In this document: positions 1-9,479 of the stretch, piece by piece
Numbering within the stretch: position 1 is the first letter of the stretch
Layout of the letters: each line of letters begins with the position of its first letter
Origin: an uncultured Staphylococcaceae bacterium
GTDB lineage: Bacteria; Bacillota_I; Bacilli_A; RFN20; CAG-826
Assembly: GCA_964369015.1 (NCBI GenBank)
Contig: CAYJDS010000001.1
Span: 1 to 62,760 of the forward strand
Direction: 5' to 3'
DNA length: 62,760 bases
The notes under the pieces: model-generated
Seen by the model: only the letters and a program-made list of their open reading frames with translations
What the model was told of the DNA's origin: nothing
The model's database searches: none
Made by a program: the position numbers and the translations under genes

Positions 1-15
1 ACCCGTTTTTTAATG

Positions 16-40
16 AAAAATGCCCATTTTAGGGCATTTT
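16..40 (-). terminator. Hairpin (AAATGCCC / GGGCATTT, 6-nt loop) flanked by an A/T run, downstream of tRNA-Cys
   Basis: Inverted repeat 18-25 / 32-39 read directly. On the minus strand it is followed by a T-run (complement of A16-A20). Confidence 0.45.
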
Positions 41-84
41 CGCTATATTTTTGGCGTTTTTTCGTTACCAATTCAAGATTTGAT

Positions 85-160
85 TGGAGCTTCCAGCCGG
101 ATTTGAACCGACGATCATTGAGTTGCAGTCAATTGCCTTACCGAACTTGGCTATGGAAGC
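85..160 (-). tRNA. tRNA-Cys (anticodon GCA), CCA encoded
   Basis: The reverse complement folds as a cloverleaf. Acceptor GCTTCCA/TGGAAGC, anticodon stem ATTGA/TCAAT with loop CTGCAAC, T-loop TTCAAAT, 3' CCA. Confidence 0.9.
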
Positions 161-362
161 GTTTAGACACTTATCATATGTCTAGACGTTATAATACCTT
201 AAAATTCATAACTTTGCAATTTGCATTGATTATTATTCTGGTTTTCTTAGGGCTTAATTTTAAAGATTTCTTCTCATTAAACATTGAAATAAACTATTCC
301 CGCCCAGGGCTTAAATAAAGTTTGTTTAACCTTTTTTTGTATAATTACTTCTAGGAGGAATT

Positions 363-1139
363 ATGGAAAAAATTCTTGAAGTTAATAACATTAGTAAAAC
401 ATTTCATTTGTCAAAAAAACAACAAAAACTCGAAAAGACCAATATTAAAAAACGCGTTGCCGTCGATAACTTATCTTTTAATGCCTATCAAGGTGAAATA
501 TATGGCCTTTTAGGGCCCAATGGTGCAGGAAAAACAACCGCTTTACGCATTATCTCAACACTCATCAAATGTGATTCGGGTGACGTTCTGGTTAACGGTT
601 TTAGTGTTAAAAAGTCTCCTAGTGACGTGCGCCGACAAATTGGCTTTTTAACAAGTGATTTAAAGCTTGATGAGTTTTTTACTCCTAACTACCTCTTCAC
701 TTATTTTGCTGCGCTTCACGGCGTTAGTGAAGACATTATTAAAGAGCGGCGGACTAAACTTTTTAATACTTTCGGAATCAACGAATTCGCGGAAGTGAAA
801 ATTAGTGACCTCTCTACCGGGATGAAACAAAAAGTCTCGCTTGTTATTAGCATTGTCCACGATCCATCAATTATTATTTTTGACGAACCAACCAACGGAT
901 TAGATGTTATTACCGCTAAAACGGTGACTGATTTTTTAATTTCGCTCAAAGAAGCCGGAAAGACAGTTATTTTATCAACCCATATCTTCTCGCTTGTTGA
1001 AAAAATTTGTGACCGCGTTGGGGTTATTATTGATGGACGACTTATCTTTGAAGAACCAATGAGTTTCTTCAATCTTAAAGATAGTTTAGAAGAGCGCTTC
1101 TTCACCGAATATAAGGCACTTAAAGGAGGGCTCGAATAA
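363..1139 (+). CDS. ABC transporter ATP-binding protein (NatA-like)
   Basis: Walker A GPNGAGKTT, signature LSTGMKQK, Walker B IIIFDEPTNGLD. AGGAGG 5-10 nt upstream and a TATAAT at 338-343. Confidence 0.9.
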   Translation: MEKILEVNNISKTFHLSKKQQKLEKTNIKKRVAVDNLSFNAYQGEIYGLLGPNGAGKTTALRIISTLIKCDSGDVLVNGFSVKKSPSDVRRQIGFLTSDLKLDEFFTPNYLFTYFAALHGVSEDIIKERRTKLFNTFGINEFAEVKISDLSTGMKQKVSLVISIVHDPSIIIFDEPTNGLDVITAKTVTDFLISLKEAGKTVILSTHIFSLVEKICDRVGVIIDGRLIFEEPMSFFNLKDSLEERFFTEYKALKGGLE

Positions 1140-2245
1140 TGAAAAATCTTATTACAATTGTTAAAAAAGAATTACGCCGTTTCTTTACCGATAAACGGAT
1201 GATGATGGCCCTTATTTTGCCAGGACTTTTAGTTTTTATTTTATATTCAATTATGGGAAATGTCATGGCTAACATAGGTGGTGACGATGACTATGTTTAT
1301 AAACTTCGGGTTGAAAATGAACCGGATGGTTATCACTTTTTAACTGGCGACCAATACGTTTATTTAGAAGAAACGGAAACGTCATATATTTCCATGGTCG
1401 AAGAAGAAAAACTTGACATTTACATCGTTTTTGACGTTGATTGGAGTGAAAAACTCGCCAATGATGAAAAACCAACTGTCACGTTTTACTTTAATAATGC
1501 AAGCATTCCGAGTAGTAATCTCTACACAACTTATACAACTTTTTTAAATGAACAAACAAAAACTTTTACGACCCTGACAACAAATCTAGCTAAGGACGAA
1601 GATGTCTCGATGCTCTTTCTTACTAACTTATTACCGTTTCTTTTAATCTCTTTCCTCTTTAGCGGCTCAATTGCAGTCGCTCCTGAAAGTATTGCGGGCG
1701 AAAAAGAACGTGGCACAATGGCGAGCCTTTTAATTACACCCGTTAAACGTAGCACAATTGCGCTTGGGAAAATCATCGCCTTAAGCTTAGTTGCCCTTGT
1801 CAGCGCAGCTTCTAGCTTTCTTGGGATTGTTTTAAGTTTAGACAAAATAATCGGCACCGCGGTTAGTCTTTCAATTTATGGCTTTGGGACTTATGCAGGA
1901 CTTTTTGCCGTCCTTCTTTCAACCATCTTAGTCTTTATTGTTTTAATAAGTTTAATCAGTGCTTACGCAAAGTCAATTAAAGAAGCAAGTAGTTTGTCCA
2001 CGCCTTTAATGATTGTCATTATGGCGGTTGGGATGTCAACAATGTTTGGCACGGCCGCGGCAAATCCGTGGCTATACTTAATCCCTGTTTATAATAGTGT
2101 TAATGTTCTTTTAACCTTATTCAGCGGCAACTTCATTGCCTTGCCGTTTATTCTAACCCTTGTTGCTAACATAACCTTTGCAGGAATTGGCGTTTTTGCG
2201 CTCACAAAAATGTTTAATAGCGAACGTATTATGTTCCGAAAGTAA
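1139..2245 (+). CDS. ABC-2 type permease (NatB-like), large extracytoplasmic loop
   Basis: ATGA start/stop overlap with the upstream ATPase. N-terminal TM, about 130-aa loop, then multiple C-terminal TM segments. Confidence 0.75.
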   Translation: MKNLITIVKKELRRFFTDKRMMMALILPGLLVFILYSIMGNVMANIGGDDDYVYKLRVENEPDGYHFLTGDQYVYLEETETSYISMVEEEKLDIYIVFDVDWSEKLANDEKPTVTFYFNNASIPSSNLYTTYTTFLNEQTKTFTTLTTNLAKDEDVSMLFLTNLLPFLLISFLFSGSIAVAPESIAGEKERGTMASLLITPVKRSTIALGKIIALSLVALVSAASSFLGIVLSLDKIIGTAVSLSIYGFGTYAGLFAVLLSTILVFIVLISLISAYAKSIKEASSLSTPLMIVIMAVGMSTMFGTAAANPWLYLIPVYNSVNVLLTLFSGNFIALPFILTLVANITFAGIGVFALTKMFNSERIMFRK

Positions 2246-2251
2246 ATTATT

Positions 2252-3529
2252 CTACTTAGCGGTTTTAAATTTATATATTTCTTCAGTGGCAAAATGCGCT
2301 TTAGTAACTAAGAAATCAGGCTCTTTACTGAAAAAGTAGTAGGTGTCGCGGGGAAAACTAAAACTAATACCGTCACCACGGCCAAAATAATTAAATTCAA
2401 TATGAATTGAATATTGTTCACTTGCGGGTTTTGTGATTGTAAATTCTTCACCATTATGACTACTTCCCGTTATCGAAAAGCCGTCTTGGTTATGCAGGAG
2501 CACGCCTTTGCCTAAATGAAAGAACCCGGTACTATTCGGAAGCGACTCAATGTTTACCGCATGTTCAAAGTGATATGTCCCGTTTTTTACTTCTTTTGCG
2601 ACTACACTTCTTTCCCACTGAAACCAATCAGGAATGTGACTAAACTCCGTCACCCCAGTTAAAGCTTTGAGTGTCCCGTCAAGGTTTAGCAAGTATTCCT
2701 TACCGCAGGCGTGGCATTTTAAGACTTCTCCTTTGCCTTTCATCTTCCCTTCACTGTCGCAAGACGGACACTTGTATAACACTTTTTCTAAGCCTTCCGC
2801 ACGAAATTTTTCACTAATTTGCACACCCTTTGCTTTTTGCCAAGCGTAATCGTCATACTGAAAAGCTGCATGAATTCGGCCATTTATTTCTTCAACACTT
2901 AAAGCATCAATTTCTTCTTTGGTTATAATTTGTTTCATATCTGCTTCTGTTTGAACTTTTCGGGGCCGCAAGTTCCAAACGGGCGCACTTAAATGATTAC
3001 CGTGACTAATAAGGGTGACAACAGGCGCTTTTGTTAGTTTCACGAGTTTTCCGAGACTTTCTGGAAAAAAAGTTGGTGTCCCAACGAGACTATAACGGGC
3101 TTCGGGATAAATTACGGTAATGTGTTTTAAAGTCTCGAGACTATATTTAATTTGTTTGACTAGACCGATATCATTAATAAACTTTCGCTTGCCAAAACAA
3201 CCAACTTGGCGCATTATTCCTTCGCGGTTAATAAAGCCGTCAATAGCAACAATGTATGTTGCGCGGCGCGGAAAATAGGCCCGCGTCGCAACTTTAAAAT
3301 CATAAAAAGAGTTATGATTAGCAAGTAGAATATAGGCTTTTTTCTTTAACTCTTCCATCTTCGTCTTTCTAATCTTTACTTTGCGTTTAAAAGTTTCCGG
3401 AAGGGCAAGAAGCCAAGCTACCGGGGTTAAAAAGCGACTTTGACGCTTTACTTTTTTATTCATATCAAAGCGCGGAAGTTTCTCGGCTTCACTAAAAGAA
3501 ATCACAACACTTTTACTTATTTTTCGCAT
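2252..3529 (-). CDS. PlsC-family (lysophospholipid) acyltransferase with Zn-ribbon and extra C-terminal domain
   Basis: HxxxxD motif NHNSFYD and downstream YPEARYS block. CPSC...CHAC four-Cys ribbon. Paralogue of 23512..24756. Confidence 0.7.
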   Translation of the reverse strand: MRKISKSVVISFSEAEKLPRFDMNKKVKRQSRFLTPVAWLLALPETFKRKVKIRKTKMEELKKKAYILLANHNSFYDFKVATRAYFPRRATYIVAIDGFINREGIMRQVGCFGKRKFINDIGLVKQIKYSLETLKHITVIYPEARYSLVGTPTFFPESLGKLVKLTKAPVVTLISHGNHLSAPVWNLRPRKVQTEADMKQIITKEEIDALSVEEINGRIHAAFQYDDYAWQKAKGVQISEKFRAEGLEKVLYKCPSCDSEGKMKGKGEVLKCHACGKEYLLNLDGTLKALTGVTEFSHIPDWFQWERSVVAKEVKNGTYHFEHAVNIESLPNSTGFFHLGKGVLLHNQDGFSITGSSHNGEEFTITKPASEQYSIHIEFNYFGRGDGISFSFPRDTYYFFSKEPDFLVTKAHFATEEIYKFKTAK

Positions 3530-3706
3530 ATTTTATTCCTTGTTTTGGGGCTTATTAATATTCTAACATTATTAGCGCTTGCTTTTACAATAAACCACCG
3601 TTACGAAAAGATAAAGAAAAGCGCAAATAATAATCTTTTTTGCTAAATTAGTTTTTAAAACAATTTCTTAAAACTGAGAAGGCTAATTAATTGAACTGCT
3701 TTTTTA

Positions 3707-4294
3707 TTAGGAAACAACTTCAGCTTCGATTACGTTTGGATCAGCGACTTGTTTCAAATGCCGGTAGTAATTAGCTTGGGCGACCGTAATAAGGGGGGCG
3801 TAATAAATGCCATAAATTCCAAAAGTGAGACTAACCAATAACGCGTGTCCAAGGAAACTTAGGTTAAAAACTAAATAATCCATCTTATAGCCATGCATCA
3901 TTGCTTTTGAACGTTTTAAGGCCTCAACAACGCTAAGCTGCGGGTTTTCAATCATGATGTAGGAAGCTTGACTAAGCATTAGTGAAAAAATAATTCCCGG
4001 AATAACAAACAAGACTAAACCAACTGAAACAATGATTGAGGTTAAGAGTCCAACTCCCACTAATTTAAGGAGGTGATTTAAATCTTTAAAGATTTCGCCA
4101 TATCGATTAGCGTTTACTTCTTTGCCATCTAGTAAATCAAGAATGACAAGATAGGTTCCAAACGCTAAAATTGGTCCAAGAATTCCCGCACTTATCCCTG
4201 AAATACCTCCAACAATAAGTAAAATGATGAAAAACATAAACCATTTATCTTTTAAAGCTTCTTTTGCTTCACTTTTAATTAATTTTCGATCCAT
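3707..4294 (-). CDS. DUF975-like integral membrane protein
   Basis: N-terminus MDRKLIKSEAKEALKDKW followed by several TM helices, as in the DUF975/YciC-like family. GGAG RBS upstream. Confidence 0.55.
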   Translation of the reverse strand: MDRKLIKSEAKEALKDKWFMFFIILLIVGGISGISAGILGPILAFGTYLVILDLLDGKEVNANRYGEIFKDLNHLLKLVGVGLLTSIIVSVGLVLFVIPGIIFSLMLSQASYIMIENPQLSVVEALKRSKAMMHGYKMDYLVFNLSFLGHALLVSLTFGIYGIYYAPLITVAQANYYRHLKQVADPNVIEAEVVS

Positions 4295-4455
4295 AAATTA
4301 TATTATCTCCTTTATTATTGTTATTATCGCACATTAAGCCGTTATCTTTTGGATTTACCTCATCATTCTTAAAAAAATTAAAGTATAAAAAACTTTTGAT
4401 TTACCAAATCCAATTTAACGAAGCCGCAAGCAAAAAACCGTCTTTAGCGTTATCC

Positions 4456-5328
4456 TTAACTCTTTTTGGCCATTCTTTTAACGGTGATTAAAAATAATAT
4501 GCTCGCGATAAGCGCAATTGCAATAAAAATAACTACCATCGGAACTTTTTGACCAAATATTCCTATTTCATTTAATCCATAAGAGCTTTTTAAGGCTTCG
4601 ATTCCTGCGGCGTTGAGCTTATCTTTTACTAGTTCAAGTGGTTCGGCCATCATGAGGCTTTTTAAGGTGATTGCCATATGTGTAAAAGGATTAATACTCG
4701 CAATATATTGAATTGCGGTTGGTAAAATTGAAAGGGGCATGTAAATCCCAGAAATAAAGCCTACAAACGTGCCAAGGACACCTGAAATCGCCCCAAAAGC
4801 ACTCGCGGACTTAATAAAACTAATCAAAAGCATCATCATAGTAGCGGAGATAAAGGTATATAAGAGTAAGAGTAATGTAACTAAAATTATTGTCGCAAAA
4901 CTAAAGAAAAATCCGGTGGAGATAAATAAATAAGCAATCGTTAATACCCACATCAACAACGATAAGATAAAGGTAATGATCACGGTTGAAAGAAAGTAAC
5001 TCATGGTCACAGTTACTCGTTTGACCGGTGTTATTAAAAACGACTCAGTTTTTTTAAAATAGCGATCATTAACGATATTTCCCATCATCCCTAGGGAAAG
5101 CGTCATTGTATTTATGACAAGCACACCGCCCATCATTTGATTAGTGGATAAAAGTTGCACTTCCTGACGAGTAAGTGTTTCTGGCAAGCCATTTTTGTAA
5201 GTGTTATTTAAAAACAAAAAATATAAGAGCAATAAAATAATAACCGAGAGAAAGGAAAAGAAAACAGCCGTTTTATCGCGTAAAAATATTTTGATGTTTC
5301 TTTTTACTAAACTAATTAATTGGTTCAT
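4456..5328 (-). CDS. ABC-2 family permease
   Basis: Six or so TM segments. Overlaps the upstream ATPase gene by 17 nt, so it is probably co-translated. Confidence 0.75.
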   Translation of the reverse strand: MNQLISLVKRNIKIFLRDKTAVFFSFLSVIILLLLYFLFLNNTYKNGLPETLTRQEVQLLSTNQMMGGVLVINTMTLSLGMMGNIVNDRYFKKTESFLITPVKRVTVTMSYFLSTVIITFILSLLMWVLTIAYLFISTGFFFSFATIILVTLLLLLYTFISATMMMLLISFIKSASAFGAISGVLGTFVGFISGIYMPLSILPTAIQYIASINPFTHMAITLKSLMMAEPLELVKDKLNAAGIEALKSSYGLNEIGIFGQKVPMVVIFIAIALIASILFLITVKRMAKKS

Positions 5329-6229
5329 TATGCGCTCCTACGATATTAACAAATACGTCATCTAAATTTCCAGCGACGACTTCAAAAGTTTCAATATTAT
5401 CAGTTAAATCAAAAATGTATTTGATAGCCTCAATTGTATTAGTTATCTTGATAAAATACTGATCGGCGACTTTTTTATAGTTAATTTTTTTGGTTTTAAA
5501 ATACTTTTCTAACGCTTCTTTGTTTTTCGGCACGACTTTAAAGGTATCATGACTATATTTACTTCTAAGTTCACTTGGTGAACCAGAAACTTTAATGACT
5601 CCTTGATCAATAATAACAATATAGTCGGCATTGGCAGCTTCTTCCATATAATGCGTTGTCAAAAAGATCGTAATATTTTCTTCGTTTTTTAAAGCCATTA
5701 ACGTTTTCCAAACTTGGATTCTTGTTTCTGGATCGAGCCCCGTCGTTGGTTCGTCAAGCAGTAAAATCGTGGGATTAGAGAAAAGGGCCCGGGCAATTTC
5801 CACGCGTCTTTTTTGTCCGCCTGAGAGGTTTTTAAACTTTCTTTTACTAATCTCTTGCAGGTTCAATTTTTCCACTAGGTCATTGTATCTTGCTCTAACA
5901 AGTTTAGGATTAGGAATATATAATGATCCGCGGTACAACAGATTTTCTTCCACAGTCAAATAATCATCTAAAACATTTTCTTGAAAAACCACGCCAATTT
6001 TTTCTCTAATATATTTCTCATCACTTTGTCCATCAATCGTATAAGTTCCGCCCTCGTGCGATAACAAGGTCGTTATTATTTTAATAGTCGTGGACTTTCC
6101 AGCCCCGTTTGGACCTAAAAAGGCAAATAAACTACCTTTTTTTACTTGAAAACTAATGTCATTAACCGCTTTTATATCACCATAAGATTTTTTCAAATTT
6201 TTAACTTCTAATATTATGTCTTTTGGCAT
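5312..6229 (-). CDS. ABC transporter ATP-binding protein (DrrA/CcmA-like)
   Basis: Walker A GPNGAGKST, signature LSGGQKRR, Walker B LLLLDEPTTGLD. Confidence 0.9.
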   Translation of the reverse strand: MPKDIILEVKNLKKSYGDIKAVNDISFQVKKGSLFAFLGPNGAGKSTTIKIITTLLSHEGGTYTIDGQSDEKYIREKIGVVFQENVLDDYLTVEENLLYRGSLYIPNPKLVRARYNDLVEKLNLQEISKRKFKNLSGGQKRRVEIARALFSNPTILLLDEPTTGLDPETRIQVWKTLMALKNEENITIFLTTHYMEEAANADYIVIIDQGVIKVSGSPSELRSKYSHDTFKVVPKNKEALEKYFKTKKINYKKVADQYFIKITNTIEAIKYIFDLTDNIETFEVVAGNLDDVFVNIVGAHNEPIN

Positions 6230-6312
6230 AGCTGTTTCCTTTCATAAATTATCCTTTTTTAATATATCAATATTTTTCAAACTCTCACTTCAATGTGATT
6301 GCAGTAACAAAT

Positions 6313-6347
6313 AAAAAAAGGCGCGAAGAATTAATATCCCGCGCGCC
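6313..6347 (-). terminator. Rho-independent terminator after nrdG
   Basis: GGCGCG / CGCGCC stem (6320-6325 / 6342-6347). It is followed on the minus strand by T7 (A-run 6313-6319 on plus). Confidence 0.6.
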
Positions 6348-6354
6348 CTAAAGT

Positions 6355-6870
6355 TTATTTAAATTCACTAACTTTTTCAATTAACACTAACTTATCGCTA
6401 GTTGATTTTCGTAAGTCGATAATCCGTTGATTATTACTGCCGCGATAAAGAAGTTTTAAATTCTTTTCTTTAAGAATAAATGGTCCATCAATTAAGTAAT
6501 CGACAAGGGTTAGTATTTCGTCGGTGACGGGATCATTTTGTTTTCTAAGTTTTTCAATTGTCGTGCCCGTATAAAGGACAATATTTAATCCGTCAGCTTT
6601 GGCTAGTTTAATAAGCGGCAAGAGCTTTTCTTTTTGAAAGAGTGGTTCCCCGCCACTAAGAGTAAGGCCGTCAAGCAGTGGATTTTTTCGCCAAATCGCC
6701 GCTAGGTAATCAATATCGACTACTTCGCCCCCCGTCGCACTCCACGTATCCGGATTGTGGCAGCCAGGACAAGCATAGGGACAACCTTGGGTAAAGATTG
6801 TTAGTCTTATTCCAGGTCCATCGACTAGCGAGTCATTAACAAAGCCAGCAATGCGAATCTTATTATTCAT
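6355..6870 (-). CDS. nrdG: Anaerobic ribonucleotide reductase activating protein (radical SAM)
   Basis: CPYACPGCHN cluster motif and GGEPL. Overlaps the nrdD 3' end by 8 nt. Confidence 0.9.
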   Translation of the reverse strand: MNNKIRIAGFVNDSLVDGPGIRLTIFTQGCPYACPGCHNPDTWSATGGEVVDIDYLAAIWRKNPLLDGLTLSGGEPLFQKEKLLPLIKLAKADGLNIVLYTGTTIEKLRKQNDPVTDEILTLVDYLIDGPFILKEKNLKLLYRGSNNQRIIDLRKSTSDKLVLIEKVSEFK

Positions 6871-9238
6871 CTTTGTATTTTAAGTGCCGGACAATATTGG
6901 AATAATTAACAAAGGCTTCGTAACTTACATCCGTCGTCCGAATTAAAGTCGGGACAGTTTTAATTTTGTATTTTTGACTAAGTTCAACGTTTTCTTCAGC
7001 GTCAATCACCGTATACTTAACGTTTTGATCGTCAAGCGCGACTTTCACAAGTCGGCAATTTGGACAAGTCTTAGTGGTAAAGAGTAAGTAATCTTTGCCG
7101 GGTTGGACATCTTTTAAGAGTTCACTAACAACAAGGTTCGTCACTGCTGCTTTTTCTTCATTTGCTTTGCCAACTTCACTGTTTGTGACGACATCATATT
7201 CTAAGCGTTTATCAAATTCAGCTTTTTTCCCGTCGTTCCAGTTTTTGAGTGGTCGATAGTAGCCGGTAATCCGTGAATAAACTTCCGTTTCGTGCTTACA
7301 TTGTGGACAGACATTTACTTCCCCCGCAATGTAACCATGGGTTGGACAAATTGAGTAAGTTGGTGAGAGTGTGAAGTACGGAAGACGATAATTTTCGGCA
7401 ATCTTTTTCACAAGTGTCGCCGCACTTTGCCACGATGGTAATTTTTGGCCAAGGAAGGTGTGGAAGACGGTCCCACTGGTGTAGAGGGTTTGCATTTCGT
7501 CTTGAATTGTTAAGGCTTCACTAATGCTTGCGGTAAAGTCAACTGGTAAGTGACTCGAGTTAGTGTAAAACGGCGTGCCGTCAGTATTTAGAGCGGTAAC
7601 AATTTCCGGGAAGTTAGCTTTGTCGTGTTTAGCAAAGCGGAAGGCCGTACTTTCAGCGGGGGTCGCTTCTAAGTTATAAAGGTCACCATATTTTTCTTGG
7701 TAATCACTTAAGCGTTCGCGCATGTAGTTAAGAACTTTAACCGTCCACGCTTGCGCTTCTTTTTCAGATAAATTTTTCTTAAGCCACTTTGCGTTTAAAC
7801 AAGCTTCATTCATTCCCACTAAGCCAATCGTTGAGAAGTGATTATTGAAGTTACCTAAGTAGACTCTTGTATAAGGATAGAGGCCGTCTTCAAGTAGTTT
7901 AGAAACGATATCACGTTTAACTTTTAAACTTCGCGCGCTTAAGTCCATCAACCGATTAAGTTCGGCAAAGAAGGCATCTTCGGTCTCACTTAAATAAGCA
8001 AGGCGTGGCATATTCAGCGTGACAACTCCAATTGAGCCCGTGTTTGCGCCGGAGCCAAAGAAACCGCCGCCTTTTTTACGCAATTCACGGAGGTCAAGTC
8101 GTAAGCGGCAGCACATACTTCTGACGTCACTTGGTTCCATATCACTATTAATATAATTACTGAAGTATGGGGTCCCGTATTTAGAAGTCATTTCAAAAAG
8201 GAGTTGATTATTTTCGTTTTCATTCCAATCAAAGTCACGGGTAATTGAGTAAGTCGGGATTGGGTATTGGAAACCACGACCATTCGCGTCGCCTTCAATC
8301 ATTACTTCTAAGAAAGCTTTATTAACCATGTCCATTTCTTTTTGGCAATCTTTATATTTAAAGTCCATTTCTTTGCCGCCGACGATGGCTTGCTTTTCCG
8401 CTAAGTCACTGGGCACAATCCAGTCAAGGGTAATATTACTAAATGGTGCTTGTGAGCCCCAACGACTTGGGGTATTAACGCCATAAATAAAGGATTGAAT
8501 TGCTTGTTTGGTTTGGGCGTAAGTTAAGTTGTCAGCTTTAACAAACGGTGCGAGGTAAGTGTCAAAACTTGAGAAGGCTTGTGCGCCCGCCCATTCGTTT
8601 TGCATAATGCCTAAGAAGTTAACTAGTTGATTACTTAAAGTGTGTAAGTGTTTGGCCGGAAGAGAAGTAATCTTTCCTTCGACCCCGCCAACGCCATCTT
8701 TAATAATTCGTTCAATATCCCAGCCCGCACAATAGGCGGCAAGCATACTTAAGTCGTGAATGTGAATTGCCGCGCTCCGGTGGGCGTCAGCGATTTCTTT
8801 ATCATAAACTTCGCTTAACCAGTAATTAGCGACAACCGCGCCAGAGTTACTAATAATAAGTCCCCCTAAAGAATAATTAACGGTGGAGTTTTCTTTCACG
8901 CGCCAGTCATTAACATGAAGATAGTCTTCAACGAGTTTCTTATAATTGAAAACCGTTCCTTTCGCATTTCGTACTCTTTCACGATCTTTGCGATATAAAA
9001 TATATTTTTTGGCAATCGCTTGATCCTTGCGCATTAAAAACTTTTCAACTTCATCTTGGACAACTTCAATATCAATAATTCCGTCGTAATTAGAATTAAT
9101 GGTATTAGCAATTTCCGCGGCATAAAGTAACGCTTGAATGTCATTAGCGTTGCCATAAGCACTGTTAATCGCATCCGCTATTTTTGTGGCGTTAAATTTT
9201 TGTAGCCTTCCGTCTCTCTTCTTAATATGTGTAACCAT
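6863..9238 (-). CDS. nrdD: Anaerobic ribonucleoside-triphosphate reductase (class III) with C-terminal thioredoxin-like extension
   Basis: N-terminal ATP-cone (KRDGRLQKFNATKI), MCCRLRLD loop, Zn-ribbon CPTHGY..CPQCKHE, glycyl-radical motif SRITGYYRP. An extra CPNC domain follows at 6863-7186. Confidence 0.95.
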   Translation of the reverse strand: MVTHIKKRDGRLQKFNATKIADAINSAYGNANDIQALLYAAEIANTINSNYDGIIDIEVVQDEVEKFLMRKDQAIAKKYILYRKDRERVRNAKGTVFNYKKLVEDYLHVNDWRVKENSTVNYSLGGLIISNSGAVVANYWLSEVYDKEIADAHRSAAIHIHDLSMLAAYCAGWDIERIIKDGVGGVEGKITSLPAKHLHTLSNQLVNFLGIMQNEWAGAQAFSSFDTYLAPFVKADNLTYAQTKQAIQSFIYGVNTPSRWGSQAPFSNITLDWIVPSDLAEKQAIVGGKEMDFKYKDCQKEMDMVNKAFLEVMIEGDANGRGFQYPIPTYSITRDFDWNENENNQLLFEMTSKYGTPYFSNYINSDMEPSDVRSMCCRLRLDLRELRKKGGGFFGSGANTGSIGVVTLNMPRLAYLSETEDAFFAELNRLMDLSARSLKVKRDIVSKLLEDGLYPYTRVYLGNFNNHFSTIGLVGMNEACLNAKWLKKNLSEKEAQAWTVKVLNYMRERLSDYQEKYGDLYNLEATPAESTAFRFAKHDKANFPEIVTALNTDGTPFYTNSSHLPVDFTASISEALTIQDEMQTLYTSGTVFHTFLGQKLPSWQSAATLVKKIAENYRLPYFTLSPTYSICPTHGYIAGEVNVCPQCKHETEVYSRITGYYRPLKNWNDGKKAEFDKRLEYDVVTNSEVGKANEEKAAVTNLVVSELLKDVQPGKDYLLFTTKTCPNCRLVKVALDDQNVKYTVIDAEENVELSQKYKIKTVPTLIRTTDVSYEAFVNYSNIVRHLKYKDE

Positions 9239-9272
9239 AAATCCGCTCCTTTTTTAGGTGATAGTGTCTATC

Positions 9273-9301
9273 AATATAACGAAGTTTAAAACTACTTGCA
9301 A
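9273..9301 (-). promoter_or_regulatory. Candidate nrdD promoter: -35 TTGCAA, 17-nt spacer, -10 TATATT
   Basis: Hexamers read on the minus strand at 9296-9301 and 9273-9278. The palindrome GATAG-N3-CTATC (9260-9272) lies just downstream. Confidence 0.4.
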
Positions 9302-9363
9302 CTCTTCTTATTAATCGGGCAAACGTTCCCGATTTAAGTTGAAAATTAGTAATTGAAAATAAC

Positions 9364-9390
9364 AAAAAATCCGTCGCTAAGACGGTTTTT
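9364..9390. terminator. Bidirectional-looking terminator (CCGTC/GACGG) after the flavoprotein gene
   Basis: Stem 9371-9375 / 9381-9385, flanked by A6 and T5 runs. Confidence 0.6.
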
Positions 9391-9479
9391 AAACTACTAA
9401 CTAATTACTAATTACGCCTTCTCGTTATGCCAAAGGCTTGATTTTATTAGTAGTTTATACATTGTAAGAAGCAAAAGCA

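Noticed and set aside
13-318. 101-aa ORF on the plus strand
   Set aside because: It runs straight across the minus-strand tRNA-Cys (85-160) and its promoter/terminator region. It has no RBS and an odd composition, so it is spurious.
716-1105. Numerous 60-130-aa ORFs antisense to or out of frame within long genes (e.g. 716..1105, 1531..1857, 20806..21156, 28583..28879, 54443..54814)
   Set aside because: These are shadow ORFs inside well-supported genes. They have no RBS and a biased, low-complexity composition.
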